Shown piece after piece: positions 24,884-38,800 of a stretch of 64,000 nt of DNA (position 1 is its first letter; each line of letters starts with the position of its first letter). The stretch is from Lama glama (Eukaryota), in NCBI GenBank assembly GCA_028534125.1, contig CM052818.1:46936001-47000000 (forward strand), given 5' to 3'. Under the pieces are notes generated by a model, which was not told the DNA's origin, searched no databases, and was given only the letters and a program-made list of their open reading frames with translations. Position numbers and translations under genes: made by a program.

Positions 24884-27164
24884 CCTGTGAGAGTCATGGA
24901 TGAAGGAGAAGCTTGCGGTTGGAGTGAGTCCACAGTCGTTAGAGGGAGACCGGGCCTCGAGGTGGGGCGAAGTCACCTCTCCCTTCCCAAGCCCTGAGCT
25001 CCAGTGCTGCCGCGCGCCTGGAGCCGCCGCCTCGCCTGGCCCGCTGGCCGCGGGGGTCCTGCCCTGACAGTGGTGACCCCGTGGATGTGAAAGGCAATTC
25101 CTCCTCCTCCTGTGCACGACCGGCCGGCCAGCGAGCTCTTCTCTGCAGGAAGGATTGAACTCTGTGGGTGGAGGGGTGGGACAAGGCCCCGAGCCCCGGA
25201 CTCCTCTCTGTGGGCAGCCGTGCCCGAGGCGCACTAAGGGCCCCCGTTGTCATGTGGTCCTGTTTCTTGCCCGGACTGCTGTGCTGGGGGCCCAGGGCAG
25301 GAATGGGGCTGCCCTGCCCCTGTCCCCATGGACGGGAGTGGGGTCTAGAGACAGGGTCGGGGGGCTCCAGGATCCTCAGGGCCCAAGGGCGCATATGCAC
25401 CTGCTGGGGTTTTTGCTAGAAGGCCGGGCAAGGGGCCCTCCCTTTCAGGATGAGGCCAGGGCGCTGGTCACCTACCAGCTCTGCCCTCTTGTTCCCCCAA
25501 AGCCCCTCTCCTCCCCTCCCACTGGCCCCTTTCTACCCAAGTCTGTGTGAGGTCCAGGGCTGGATGCCCTGGTGTCAGAGCACTTTCCTGACCTAAATAA
25601 GTTCTCTCTGGTGCACAGGACTCTGGTGTCACTCTGCCTTCTGGCTCTGCAACCTGCGGGTTAGAGACACCCCGTTTTCAGCCAGGGCTCCAGGAAACCG
25701 CCCTCTGGGCTTCCCTGGAGCTCTGCCCTGTCTGAGCTGGGGGAGGAGGAGTGAGAGGCTCACGACTGGAGAACGACTTTCCCAAGAAACAGGGTGAACC
25801 CCCTCTGTGGTCCCCAGAGGTGTTAAGTTGCTGAAATCAGAGCAAAATTACATTGGTGAGCTAGCCTGGAAATACTTTTTCCAAGGGACATTACAGTCTG
25901 ATATAAAGAATACTGACTAAGAAACGTACTTTTTGGACACAATCTTTTTTAGCCATTTACAATTTAAAAAATCGATTTGGGACTGTAAAAGTAATAAACT
26001 GAATTCGAGAAGTTGGAAAAGGAGCGATGTGCATGCCCACCTTCCCAAGACACCCAGCCTTCTACTTCTCAGCTCGTTTTCCCCCCAGGCTGCAGCATTT
26101 TCCACCTTTGCGACCTTGCTGCTAATTGAATCCAGTGTAATGAGATGCTCTGTGTTGCTGGAGATCCTGTGACCGCCTTTGACAGTGAGTGAACAGCTCG
26201 ATCCTGAGTGACTGGGCCATTGGACACAGTCTGTGTGAGAGCCAGCAAGTGCCCAGCACTGGAAGCTTCAGCAGTAGTGCCCTTCAAAGTTCTAGAAAGG
26301 GAAGGAAAGCTAGGTGTCAAGTCACAGGGAGTGGAGAAGTCAAGGAGTCTCGGCGTGTCCGCACACTGATGATGTTAACCATCACCTGCTGGAAAGTACG
26401 GCCGTATGAGGAGCTTGGGATCTGGGAGGATGTTTTGGTGAGTTCTGGCCCGTCCTCCATCCCCTCCTGCACAGCAGACTTGAGCCTCTGATTCTCCTCC
26501 CTCCCCTTCTTCCCATTCCAGCTTTTTGTCTTCATGTGTGCACCTGGGGGTCCAGGCTGTATAATAAGAGGGTTCTTTAGACAAGTGGCTTTGTGGGTGC
26601 TGTGGCTCCCCCCTCACCCCCTGGCTCCATCCTCAGAACTCGGGATGAAGCTTTCATTCCACACGTCTGCCTAGATCTTTTCTCCGATTGCCTGAGATAT
26701 TGCATTCTTTAGTAGCAGAAACATTGTCTTCTCAAAAATTGCAATTTGGGTGCAGAGGCTTGCATGAGATTATACACCCGAGGGGCACCGGGGAAGCATC
26801 GCTTTGGGTTACTTTGCAATAAGCCTTATGTTCTTGGGGAGGAGAGCTGCTTCCTGACACGTGGGGAGGTGGTTCTGGTGACTCCTGCCTCCTTACGATC
26901 TAGGCGCGGTGGACCCCGACCGAGCTGTGACTCTGGTCCTGTGGCATTAAAAGCTACATCAGGCCCCAAAGTACACAGGAGGCAAGAGGAGTCCCAGGTC
27001 TGAGGTTGTTGGGGACCACGGGGAGGGAGGAGAGCTTTCCACTAGGGAGGCGATGGCTCAGCAAATGTCATCAGGACAGTCTTGGGGTGAACTTGGAGTG
27101 AAGGGAGGTGACCAGGAGCAGTGGCTGGTGGAACGTGACAGGCACTGTCCGGGGAGAGGAATCT

Positions 27165-27320
27165 GGGTCACCTCTGTCGATCCTCACAGCAGCCTCTCCT
27201 GCTGGCATTACGATCCCATCTCGCTGGTGAAGAAATGGCGCCCAGGGAGGGTCAGCCCACCACTAGGCTGCTACCGGGAAGAGCTGAGCTTCCTCCTGGG
27301 TCTGGTTGAGACGGTTTGAA
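27165..27320 (-). mobile_element. Degenerate MIR
   Basis: gatcctcacagcagcctct...cccatctcgctggtgaagaaatggcgcccagggaggg. Confidence 0.5.
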
Positions 27321-28489
27321 AGGACTCTGTGGCCAGCTTCCTCCTGTGTGCCAAGCACGGGGAGGCGGGTGGAGGATGGGGGGAGGGAGGAGAGAGAAGA
27401 GAGCTGCGAGCAGTCGGTGTGACTAAGGGCTTCCCTGCTTGTCTGTCCTCAGGGCGCCTGCTGATCCCCGCCGTGCAGAGCCTGGGACTTCACACCGGGG
27501 CTGGTGCGGCCCCGCCAGCCCCGCGCCTCCCAGGGTGGGGCGTCTGGTTCCCCGGCGCCCCACGCACGGCCCTCCACGGCTTCCTGCACTCTTTTCAGAG
27601 TAGTTAAGTGTGATCCAACTGGGGATCCCAGAAACAAAGAATTTAAGATCAATTACCCACCTAACAGGCAATGTGATTCGTGGGCTCTGCAAAATCTCTC
27701 TCACATTTGAAAGTGCAGGACAAAGTGAATGAAGTCAGCTCAGAACCTTATAAAGCTACTCTGAAATGCATTTTAAGACTTTGAGCTGTGTTCTGCAACG
27801 AAGGTAAGTTTAAAGATGGAAAATTGGAACAAAGCTACCTATTTATCAACCCCCCCCCCCTTACAGTGACCTGTTGCCACGTTTTGGGTCAGTCTCTGGA
27901 CAGTCAACATGTATCACTCTCCCAATCGAAACCATAAAACTTCCACTTTCTGCAGTATCTTGTCTTTGGTTCACTTTCCTATATCTTCCATTTTTGAGCT
28001 CTTTTTCCTTCTCATCCCATTTCTTTACTAAATATGTATTTCCAGGTTTTTGCCCTTTCCCTTTATGAAAACTACTTGATTTCACCATGGTTCTTTCTGC
28101 ATTCTCAGGTCCAGAGTAATTACTGGCTGCCAGTGACTCTTTTTATTAATGATTATGCTAAGCCTTACACTAAAAGCATTTATCCTCATAAAACTGACAC
28201 CACAAAAAGGGCCCCGTGATTGTCAGGCCTGAACAAGAGACGTGCCTGCTCTGTAGGCTGAGCAGTTCCCTCCTTCCCAAATCAGGGCTGGGCGCTGAGA
28301 AGAGGCAAGGATGTAGCAACGGCCTTTCTGGCTCTTGATGGAGGGAGGGGCACGCTTGTCAAACGGGGCGCGCTGGATCAGAAGGGACATTGTGGAAGTG
28401 GGGATGTTTCTCTCTAGGCAGCCAATTCTTAAATTTTGAAAACTGTAAACATAGATCAGGATCTGAGAGGAAGGCAAATGGAGAGCGTA

Positions 28490-29860
28490 AGTCATTCATT
28501 CATTCATTTGTTCCATTTAGAAGATTTGTCTGTGATCGAGGTGCTATTTAGATCAAACCAGAGTTTAGATATTTACACGTCTTTAACTGCAATTCCATGT
28601 CCTTAAGAGAATGGTGGCCTATGGAGTCAGACAGCATCTGAATTTACTCATCGGTGCTGGCTGAGTTACTTAACGTCTCTAAGACCCCAGTTTCCCTGCC
28701 CTCAAGCTGTTTGTACTTGATGGAGACACAGAGGACAGCTGAACGATGACACACGTAAAACACGTAAAATCACAAGTGGGTGGGTACTTCGGAGCCTGGA
28801 TCACGATGCTCGAAGAGGACATTACAGGCCAGGGAGAGGGCAGAGACGTCCTGGAGGAAGTGAGGGTGAGCCGATCTGAAGGATGGGTAAGAGCTGATGG
28901 GAGAGGAGAGGGTGCTCCAGGCAGAGGAAGAGCATGTGCAAAGGCCCTGCAGTCACGGGGAGCGGGGGCACTGAAAGGCCAAAGTATTGGCAGGGAAGGT
29001 GGGGACCAGAACATACAGGGTCTCACAGGCCAAGGTCAGAAGTTGTGCTTTACCCTGAGAGCACTGGAGAGCCAGGAGTACGTTCCTGCATGTGTGTGAG
29101 TGTGCAGGTGCTTTGGGGTTATCAGGGTGTGACATGCATCTAAAAAGGCCATGGTGGCTCCAGGTGAGAGGAAGCAGAGGGATGCTGGTGGTCTAGGAGG
29201 GGGTCTCCCGCGGGGGTCCAGGTTAGAGCCAGTGGCAATTTGTGCAAGGGTGTGGAACAGAGATTGGAGGGAAGTGGATGGGTTTGAAAGTATTTTGGAA
29301 GTAACCACAAGGTTGGGTGATGCTTTGGTTATAGGCCCTTGGGAAGAGGGAAGGGGAGAGATTGACCGTGGGCTCCAGCCCCACAATTGGGTAAATGGGG
29401 GCCATCCCCCAGCCAGCCAGGGAGCCTGGAAGAGGGCAGGGATGGGGAGGGGGAGATTTCAGTTACATTTCTTCGAGTTGCCCTTGAGATGCCCTGAGGA
29501 GAGGACAGTCAGGCGGGCAGTGGGATGAATGTGGAGTACAGAGAGTTTGGGGCTGGAATCCTATACTCTGAGTTGTCCATGGTGGGAGGTGTGGCCAAGC
29601 TTTTCCAGGCACAGAGCCCACCAGGAGAGGAGGGGAGGGTCTCGATTTGAGCCTCGAAGGGCTCTGGCATTAACTGGCTTGGGGAAGGTCTGGGAAAGTG
29701 GCAGAGAAGGGGAGGCTGGAGGTTGGAGAGGTGGCACCAGCCAGTCAGCAAAGTTTTCCAAGATGGAAATGAGGTGGGCAGGGCTGAATGCTGCCCAGAG
29801 GTCAAATGAGATGTAGGCGGAACATTTTTGGTTGGATTTAGGTCATTGACAATTTTTGAT
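28490..29860 (-). mobile_element. Long L2 (L2a/b-like) fragment
   Basis: (tcat)n 3' end; tccctgccctcaag; tcctggaggaagtgagg; ccaggcagaggaagagcatgtgcaaaggccctg; gaggtcaaatgagatg. Confidence 0.85.
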
Positions 29861-30034
29861 CACACATGGCTTTTGTAGAACACAAAATTTCAGGTCGTAT
29901 TAGAAAAGATTGTTTCAAATAGAAGCAGGATTGAATGAGATAATCTCAGCAAAGCACCGGTGCCTTCAGAGCTCTCGAGTACGGGAGCCCTCGCTCCCAT
30001 TTTCTGTGGGAAGGAGAGTTCTTGTTGATCTATC

Positions 30035-30238
30035 AGATTTCATTGCCGCTGGAACTGCGGACACTCCTGGTGGGATGAATCCTGCTTGCGGAGCTGTCCT
30101 CTGCCCTGCAGGATGTCTAGAAGCCTCCCCGGCCTCTGCCAGGTGCTGCCACACCCCTCAACCCCAGGAGCGACAACAGAAAGTAACATCATCAAATGCC
30201 TCCTGGGGGCAGACGGCAAAGCTGCCCCTGGTTTAAAT
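30035..30238 (-). mobile_element. MER20 (hAT-Charlie)
   Basis: gctgtcctctgccctgcaggatgtctagaagcctccccggcctctgcc...caaatgcctcctgggggca. Confidence 0.75.
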
Positions 30239-31384
30239 AAAGTAAATTTTAGAAATGCACGTGATAGGCTCGTGTGTCTTCTTACTTTTATAAACAAACA
30301 GCTGTAAGGGTTTGGCATCCTCGGAACGGCTGCGGTGTCACAAATATAAGTCACAGGAAGGGAAAAGAGCATCACTGATTAGGTATTTGAATATTTCAGT
30401 TGCCACCAAAGAAGCAGCTACCGTGAGAGACACAATTAAAAATACGGATGGGCTGACTCTAAGTGTTTCCTGACTCTTCAGGAATCATGAAAGCAGACGG
30501 TTTATGTCACACGGGAGGGAGAGGTCAGCTCTCCCTGGGGAAGGCACAGTCCGTACCTGGGGGCCCAGTCTGCCCGCTGGCCCCCCTACTTGGGAGCTTA
30601 TGCCCTGCAACAAACTTTAGTTAATATTTATGAAGAGACTTAATGCCCTTTGGTGTAAAAAAAAAAAATCTAAATGAACATCTCTCATAGAATGGTGCCC
30701 TATCTCCCGAAACATATAATCTCCTTTTTGGGGTTGGCAACGTTTGCAAAATAAATCTCATCCAGTGCCACACACGGTCTGCAGTATTTATCCTTGACAC
30801 CCCGTGCCATTGGAGTTCTTAATGCCTGAGAGCTGACTTCAGCAAACAGATTTAACAACCTAGTTAAAACCAAATAGTTTTATAGAGATGCTGTAACATC
30901 TTTTTTTAAGTTACGGCAGGGCAGATTTAGAGAGGCAGACAATAAAAGTCCTGTGTTGCTCAGATCCTAAGTGTCGCCGCAGAACGTGAACGCAGAACGC
31001 CGACCGGAGAGGCCGCCCGGGACAGCTGGCTTCTGGGGTCTCAGGCTCCGTCCGCCGGGCGCTCCTCGGTGCCAGAAAAAAGGGCATTTCAATTTCCTGC
31101 TAGAGTGCAGCATTGCAGGACACATGTTTAATGTTTTTCTTTTCCCCTCCTCTAAATGAACCGTAATGAGAATTGTACTCACAGGCCCTGATGATGCTGT
31201 GAGGAAGGGAGAGCCCTCCCAGGAGGGCGGTTGACTCCACTGGCCTGGAGAAGCCGGTCCCCCTGGAGCGGGCGTTTCGGGCTGTGGAGCTGGGGCAGCT
31301 CCCAGAGCCAGACTCCTGAGCCCGGGCTGGGGGAGTCACAGCCTTTGCCTTGTCTTTCTTCTTCTCTGAATTAGTTTAAAGAAC

Positions 31385-31757
31385 TTTATTCATTTATTTG
31401 CTATAAGGAATTGGCTTGTGCTGTTACAGGGTCCCATGATCCCTGCAGGCTGGAGACGCAGGGGAGCTGGTGGGGTGGTTCCGTCCGAGTCTGAAGGCCA
31501 GAGGTCCAGGACCACCAAGGGCAGGGGAGAGCGACGTCCCAGGGCAGCAGTCAGGCTGGAAGGGCCCACGTCTCCCCGCCCCCAGACCCTCAGTGGATTA
31601 AATGAAGTACCCCCCCCCACTGCTTTACCGAATCCACCAATTCAAATGCTGATTTCATCTGGAAAAACCCCGACAGACACATCCAGAAGTAATCTTCCAG
31701 CCCCCAAATCGGCACCCCGTGATCCAGTCAAGTTGACACATACAATTAACCCTCACG
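31385..31757 (-). mobile_element. MLT2-type (ERVL) solo LTR
   Basis: tataaggaattggct...tccgagtctgaaggcc...aattcaaatgctgatttcatc...cagtcaagttgacacatacaattaacc. Confidence 0.85.
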
Positions 31758-32604
31758 ATGGGTGTTTTGGGGAAGCTGTTTTCGTGCTAAGAACACCGGG
31801 GTGTCTACCTTGGAATTTGGGGGATGATTGCTGAAGGGGAACTTGGGGGCTTCAAATGCAGCTAGCTCATGGGACGAAAGGGGAAACTGAGGCCCTGAGT
31901 CTCACACTAAGTAGAGGCAGAGGGGGGCCAGGACCTCAGTCTTAGGGACCCTAGGTTAGTCATTATGCTAACACCTGGGTTGGTGGCTGGGAGTAGCTCC
32001 CCCTAAAAGGCAAAATGCGAGATGGTGGAGGAGCTCCGGGCCAGCTGGGCATGCCTAGGGGGCCAGGCCCAGGTGGGTCAGCTGGTTCCAGTGGTGGCCA
32101 ACGGTGGACAGTCCCCTGTGGCCCGTGACCCAGCTGTGAGGTGATAATGCTGCCTTCTTTGTTCCCTGCTGAACTATCCCCCTTCCTCTCCCTTCTCCAT
32201 CTGTCTGGGGTTACCCACCATCCACGTCCTAGGAACTAGGGTGGTCACCTCTCGCAGGGACATCTGCCTGCAAAACCTTTTTTCTCATTTGATTCCTGCA
32301 TTGATTTGAGAAGAGGCCTCCCGAGACTCCTGCAAAGCCCTGGGGGAGGTTCCCGGTGCCCAGATCCTCTGCAGAGTGAGGGCAAAGGGCGGCTCTGACC
32401 CTGCAGACCTCGCAGACTCCCCCAGACCTGACCCTCCAGCCGGAAACCCGGGGAAGCCTGTGGTTGGAGCTCCGGGCCACCGAGGTGGGGGAGCCTTCCT
32501 GTCCCCAGTTCTGGAAGATGATACCCTCAGCTTAGCAGCTGGAGCAGACGCACAGAAGGTGCTGGCACGTCTGCAGGCACACCTCCTTTCGTGAAGGCTC
32601 TTCA

Positions 32605-32712
32605 CGAAGTCTTCACAGATAATGCGTGGGTTTCTTTCTATTTTTTTTTTTAACAAATAGAAGGTTTATGGCAACCCTGAGTTGAGCAAGTCTATCAGCA
32701 CCATTTTTTTTT
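32605..32712 (+). mobile_element. Tigger1-like fragment
   Basis: ttcacagataatgcg...acaaatagaaggtttatggcaaccctgagttgagcaagtctatcagcaccatttt. Confidence 0.75.
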
Positions 32713-33016
32713 TTTGCATCTCCACGCGAAGAACTTATTTAACGTATTTAAAGGAAGATGCTCTTTTCTTTGCAAACATGAGTTTCTCCCAGAGAAGTTT
32801 CCAATGTGTTGGTTCCCTTCATTCTGGGGCTCTTCAGTACTTCTCAGTAAAGTTTCAAAAACCAGCAAATATTTGTTGAGTGTGGAATACAGACTCCCTG
32901 TTGTGGAGACTGGGAGGGAGTGTGACGCAGCCCTGCCTGCGTGGGGCTGCTCCCCCAGAAGGAAAGACAAGCTGAAGCCAGGATGGGTCGACGGCCGGGG
33001 AAGCAGCCATAACTTA

Positions 33017-33274
33017 TTTATTTATTTGTTTACATAATTTTTTTTTTATTGCAGTGTAGTTGATTCACGACATTATGCTAGTTTCTGGTGTACAGCACGG
33101 GGACTCAGTTATGCATGTACAAATATATCCTTTTTCATGTTCTTTTCATTATAGGCTCTTACGAGATACCGAGTATAGCCCCCTGTGCTCTACAGGAGGA
33201 CCTTGTCGTTTACCTGCTCTGTATGTAGCAGTTTGTACCTGTTGATCCCAAGGGTAAATTGGGAGTTTGGGATT
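33017..33274 (-). mobile_element. LINE-1 3' fragment with short 5' inversion
   Basis: Minus-strand 3'UTR to 33250, then plus-oriented agggtaaattgggagtttgggatt. TSD agccaYaactta at 33005-33016 and 33275-33286. Confidence 0.88.
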
Positions 33275-35119
33275 AGCCACAACTTAAATAAAATCCTGAT
33301 TTCCCAGGGTGGTCAAAGAGCCCCAGGTCTGAAGTGCTGTGGTTTTGGAGGTGAGCGGAGTCTGTCCGGGACTCCAGGTCTTTGAATTGGCTGGCGAGGC
33401 GGATACGTGCAGAAACAGGTCTTCTGTGGTTGTGCCTCCAGTGGAGGGGACCTGTGTTCCCTTATGATTATTATTTGCTCAATATTGGTTTCTGTCTTAG
33501 AATTTCAAACCCTTTTACCCTCAAAACGGTCTTGTGCAGGAGTTTCTAGGAAGAGATGCATTGCCTTCTTCCTCGAGAGGCTCCAGGAAGCTAGGCTCTG
33601 CCAAGTGGGGACTGCACATCGTCCGGCCGAGGCGGCTGTGTGCGGTTCACGGGTTAACAGTGCGGGGAGCCGCTGGACGAGCCCCGGCCGTGGGGCGAGG
33701 CTGAGCAGAGCTGGCTGTTAGGCTTATCATGGGCTTCGCCAGCCTCACGAGGACCCTGCAGGACAGGGTCGTCTACCGCTGTGTCACACACGAGGAAGAC
33801 GGATCCCAGGACGGCCGGTTCCTGATGTCGGGAGCATCATGTGGCCGACCCTGGCCTGAGCCCAGCCCTGTCTCAGCACCGCCCTCCATCCCCTCTGTCT
33901 TGGAGGACGTGTCAGCAAGTGCTGATGAAATAATCAGTTTAATTTTCAGGTTATGAAATACCCCATTTTAGGACGGACTGCAAAGTCGGTGTGAAGAGAT
34001 AAGCTGTAGGGGAAGGCCGTACTCAGTTTTATCGAGAGCGTGACTTTCTTCTTTTACTTTTTTCCCCTTCAGATCGAGGTAGAGCTCTTTCCTGGAAATA
34101 CTTATAAAAAAAATTAACCTTTTTTTTTTTCTTCCCCCAGTATAACTTGTAATTGGCTTTGATGTCCTTGCTCCAGGGCGTTCTGAAGTGATTACACCCA
34201 GAGCACGAAGGAGATGCAAGGGCAGGTGGTCACTCGGGAAGGAACTGGCCCCCTCAAAAGTGGGCAGCAGGGGTCTGGATCTAACTTGTGCCTGGAGTGA
34301 TTGTGCCAGCATTTTATTTCTTCACATAAATGTCACCTGGGCCTCGGCCATCCTTCTTGAGGGCACCCCAGTCTCCCCAGAGATGCGGGTGCTCTCGGGG
34401 ACACCTCCTTCTCCCTGCACTCTGTCTCCGTCAAGCAGTGCTGAATCCTCACCCCTCCATCCTCCCGTCGTGCTTTCTCTCCCCAGAACCATCGCCCCAG
34501 GGGGCCTTCTCTGGCCCTTCAGTGGGCTGCCTGGGGGAGGGGATGGACAAGGCACTCAGGAGGGTCCCACTGTGCCCTCCCAGGCCTGGACCCTCCCTGA
34601 GGCAAGAATAAAGTGGATGAGGGTGGTGCTGACAGATGGTCCCCAGAATACAGAAAAGACCAGTAGAGAATGTGGAGTGGGATCCGAGGGGCCCAGGACC
34701 CTGAGGAGAGGCAGGCAGGATGGGCTTGGCTTGAAGCCCCCGCCTTGTCTCAGACCATGGCCTCCTGGCCGGTGGGGCCTGGTGTGACCTGCATGCTGGG
34801 ATCGTGGGGCCTCCTGGACAGGTGTTGTCCCCCCGCCAGACCTGGTACTGGAGCTTGAGCCCTGTTTGGGCCTGAAAGAATTAGGTCGCATCTAATTGAG
34901 TCCTGGGGACCCTGCCTTCCCACTAGCAGGGACAAGACTCGGAAGTTCCGGTCTGCTCCGGCCACGTGCTCCTGGTGGAACACCCACCGAGGGGCTTCCG
35001 GTATCTGAGAATTTGCTTGGGGTGGGGCGCACATAGACCCTCCTTGGCCACTTTTAGGAGGGTCGCCCAGGAGGACCCTCTCCCTGGACATTCTGTCTGT
35101 TGCATAGAAGGGCTTTCTT

Positions 35120-35842
35120 CTTCTTCTTTTTTTTTTTTTAATTGGAGTGTAGTCAGTTTACTATGTTGTGTTAATTTCTGGTGGATGGCATTCAGTTATA
35201 CACATATATATTCCTTTTCATTTTCTTTTTTATTATAGGTCATTGCAAAGTATTGAATATAGCTGCCTGTGCTATACAGTAGGACCCTGTTGTTCATCTA
35301 TTTTATATATAGTAGTTAGTATCTGGAAGTCCTGAACTCCCAGTTTATCCCTCCACCGCACCCTCTTTCTCCACTGGTAACCATAGATTTGTTTTCTGTG
35401 TCTGTGAGTCTGTTTCTGTTTTGTGAATAAGTTCATTTGTGTCATTTTCTTTAGTTCCACCTATAAGTGATATCATATGGTATTTTTCTTTCTCTTTCTG
35501 GCTTACATCACTTAGAATGACAATCTCCAGGTCCATCTATGTTGCTGCAAATGGCATTATTGGATTCTTTTTTATGGCTGAGTAGTATTCCATTGTATAA
35601 ATATACTACAGCTTCTTTATCCATTCATCTGTCAGTGGACATTTGGGTTACTTCTATGTCTTGGCTATTGTAAATAGTGCTGCTATGAACATTGGGGTTC
35701 ATGTATCTTTTTGAATTAGAGTTTTTGTCTTTTCTGGATATAGGCCCAGGAGTGGGATTGCTGGATCATATGGTAAGTCTGTTTTTAGTTTTTAAAGGAA
35801 TCTCCACACTGTTTTACATAATGGTTACACCAGGCTACATTC
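35120..35842 (-). mobile_element. 5'-truncated LINE-1 (ORF2 C-terminus + 3'UTR)
   Basis: Minus-strand MDLEIVILSDVSQKEKEKYHMISL; polyT; TSD tagaagggcYttctt at 35105-35119 and 35843-35857. Confidence 0.95.
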
Positions 35843-38800
35843 TAGAAGGGCCTTCTTGATTGTTTTGGCCAGATGTGACAGTTTTTAAGGGCCCACAGCC
35901 GGTTCCCATTTCTTTGCCCTTTGGGAGGGGCCTCGGGTCCTTGTTGAGGGGCTGACCTCTCAGCCAAGAGCAGCTTCTCTATTCCGGTCCCAGCTGCCCC
36001 TCCCGGCTCTGCCCGACTCGCTGGCCTCAGGGGCTTTGCTGATGGGTGGTGTCAGAGACCTCTGAGCAGAGCCTCTGAGCCACTTCCACCTTGGGCTCTG
36101 TAAGGGAGCTGGGACCTTGTCCTGCTGTTGGCAAGCCTTGAAGACAAAACCAAACTTGTGCTGCATTCTCTAGAAAGAAAATCCAGCCTTTTCCTGCAAG
36201 TCACTTCTTCTAGGTACCGAGAGGAAGGAAGTAATGAAAGGTCCACGCAAGCTACTGAGTATCCAGGGCCCCTCAGCTCATCATCACGACCTGGTGTCCA
36301 GACATCCCTGCCACTCCTGCTTCCTGGGCCAGCTGGGCATTCCTAGCTTGCCCCATGCCCTTCCCCTGGAATTCCCTTTGGCTGAGCCCACCTCACCTCG
36401 CTCACCCCTCCTCATTTAGTAAACGTCTTCTGTGCAGGCCTGGCTGCACTGTCTACGCCCACCACTGAGTAGCTGTGTGTCCCCGAGCGGCTAGTTAACC
36501 CCTCACAGCGTCGGATTTCTCAACTGGACAAGGGAAATTTACATGCCCACCTTTGGCAGGCGAGGAAGTGCCCGGCACCTCGTCAGTTACAGCCACCGTT
36601 CTGTTGTTTGTTGTCACGTCCGTGAACAAGGCGGACCCTGGCCTCTCCACCAGGTGTGAATCCAGCCCAGTGACCAAGGTCCGGACCATGTTCCTGAATC
36701 TGTTCTCACTGCTCAACCAGAATCAGTTTTGTGTTCTACCTCGGCCTCAGGAGAGAGAATTGAAAAAAAAAAAGAATTAAAAAAAATAGGGGTTAAATAC
36801 TACTTATAGCTTCTCTGTGGCTTCAACTGTTTCTGCCCCTTCCGAAGGAGCTGGGGTGTGGACGCTTATCAGCTGGCTCTGTGGCGGCTGTCACCGGCCA
36901 CATTTTCACGTGGCTGTTCTGTGTGTCTCTCTCTCCTCTGCATGTCAGCTGCCCACAGCGGAACAGAGGAAGGAAGGAGGGAATAAATGAATAATTCTGT
37001 GCTCGTGCTCTGTGACCCAAGATTTTCAAAGTGATTAATACGCCTGGCTGGCCCCTCCTTCTCCAGTTAAGGCTGCTAGTTCTCTATGGTGCCACAATTC
37101 CTTTCTTTTCATTTAAATAATCTCACAACAGAAGTGGGCACAGAAATATGTAGAGGAGTATATTTCATGTCGCTTTTTTTTCTATACATGTTGGGAGGAC
37201 GGTGTGGATGTGGACCCCGGATAGTGCTGGAGAGTGTAAAAGGATCAGATTCTGTATCTTCTGATGGCTCAGTTTCTATTTATAGCACTGCAGTGACTTT
37301 CCCTCACTGCCAACAGGGGGGAGTTTAAATGACTGACCGAGGAGGAAGGAATTCATTCCTGTCTGCCATCCTGTCTTGTTCTCTTGGTCTCTCTTCTCCT
37401 GTTCGGTTCCTAACACGATCTTTCTTTGCCAAGGACGTTTCTCACAATTAAGTGCTTATATCTACTGCTCCCCGTCCTATCTGTCTGGATAGATTTAGGA
37501 CAAATACAAATGCTAAAAATAGCCTCGTTTCCCTTTCCTCCAGACAGATATCCAAGGAAGATGGCTAACTAACGGCATTTGACTTGTTTTAATTATTACA
37601 AAGTTCCCCAGCTTTAAGTTCTATATTCCCCTAAAAGTCTAGATTTTTTTAGGTGTTCATAGAACATTTTTAATGAGTTATTGGATGAACATTTTATCCA
37701 CGATTCAAAACCCAACAGTCATTATTTCATTTTCAGAAGATAAATTTAAAAATAAAAAATACAATTTAGTGCCGAATAAACTGAAGTCCTTCGAAAGTAG
37801 AAATTAGGTTTTCATGTTTCTATTTACCTGACCCCCTGCCAGTTTTATAGCAGTGAAGGGAGTTGTAGCAATGAGCATTGGTGCTCAAATCAGTTCATCT
37901 GATCTTCACTTCCTCATTTATCTACACATCTATTTTATTTTGTTTTATTTTATTTTCCTGCTTTCGTATTTTTTAAGGAAAGGATTGTTGAAATAGATCT
38001 TGCTGATATTAAGGAACCACTTAGTATTTCGAATTAGTGAACTACTCAGTTCCTTTTTGTTGTATAGAGATTGAGGATAGGAGGACACTGGGAAAACCCC
38101 AAGGAAAAAAAGGGGACTTTGATCCCGACCTGGAGGCTGAGTCTGTGTGAAACAGGCGGTAGTGTTGATAAGAATTTCTTGCTTTAAGCCAGTTTCCTCC
38201 TGGTGAAGTCTGTGCTTGAATTTCCTCCGCAACGAGTGTTTGCAGGTGGGCAGAGAAGCCGAGGGCCCTGGCCACCAGCTGCCCCACCCTGGGGCCCTTA
38301 CAGGAGCCGCCAGGTCTACAGGGAAGTGCAACGTGGAAGCGAACCTGTAGAGGGAGCCCCCAGCCCCAGGGTTCTATTTTGGGGCTTCTCACTTGGGATG
38401 CTCACCTGTCTGAAAGGCTGGCTCCTTGTGGACTTCCTCAGGACCTTTCTCTCTAGAACCCAAAGTCTTTGTATGCAGCCTCATCTTATTGCTCCTCATA
38501 AGACCTCTTGTCATCAGAAGCAAAGATTTCTTCAACTACAGTTTTCCAGAGATATTTCCCCAAGTTCCGAGCTGGTGGAACTGCCCTGAGTGCTGGTCTT
38601 AATGCCGGGATGTAGCCTGGGCCGGAGGCCCTGGCACCAGGGCTGTCTGCTCTGGTGGGCTTGGGACCCAGGCTCACATCTTTCCTGCGTCACCAAAGCG
38701 GTGCATTGAAGCACAGACGATCTCTCCTGACCTTCTCACTCCCTCATCCCCGAGAAGGGGCAGAAGCTGCACTTGAAGCGGCGAAAAAGCTATTAAGAGT

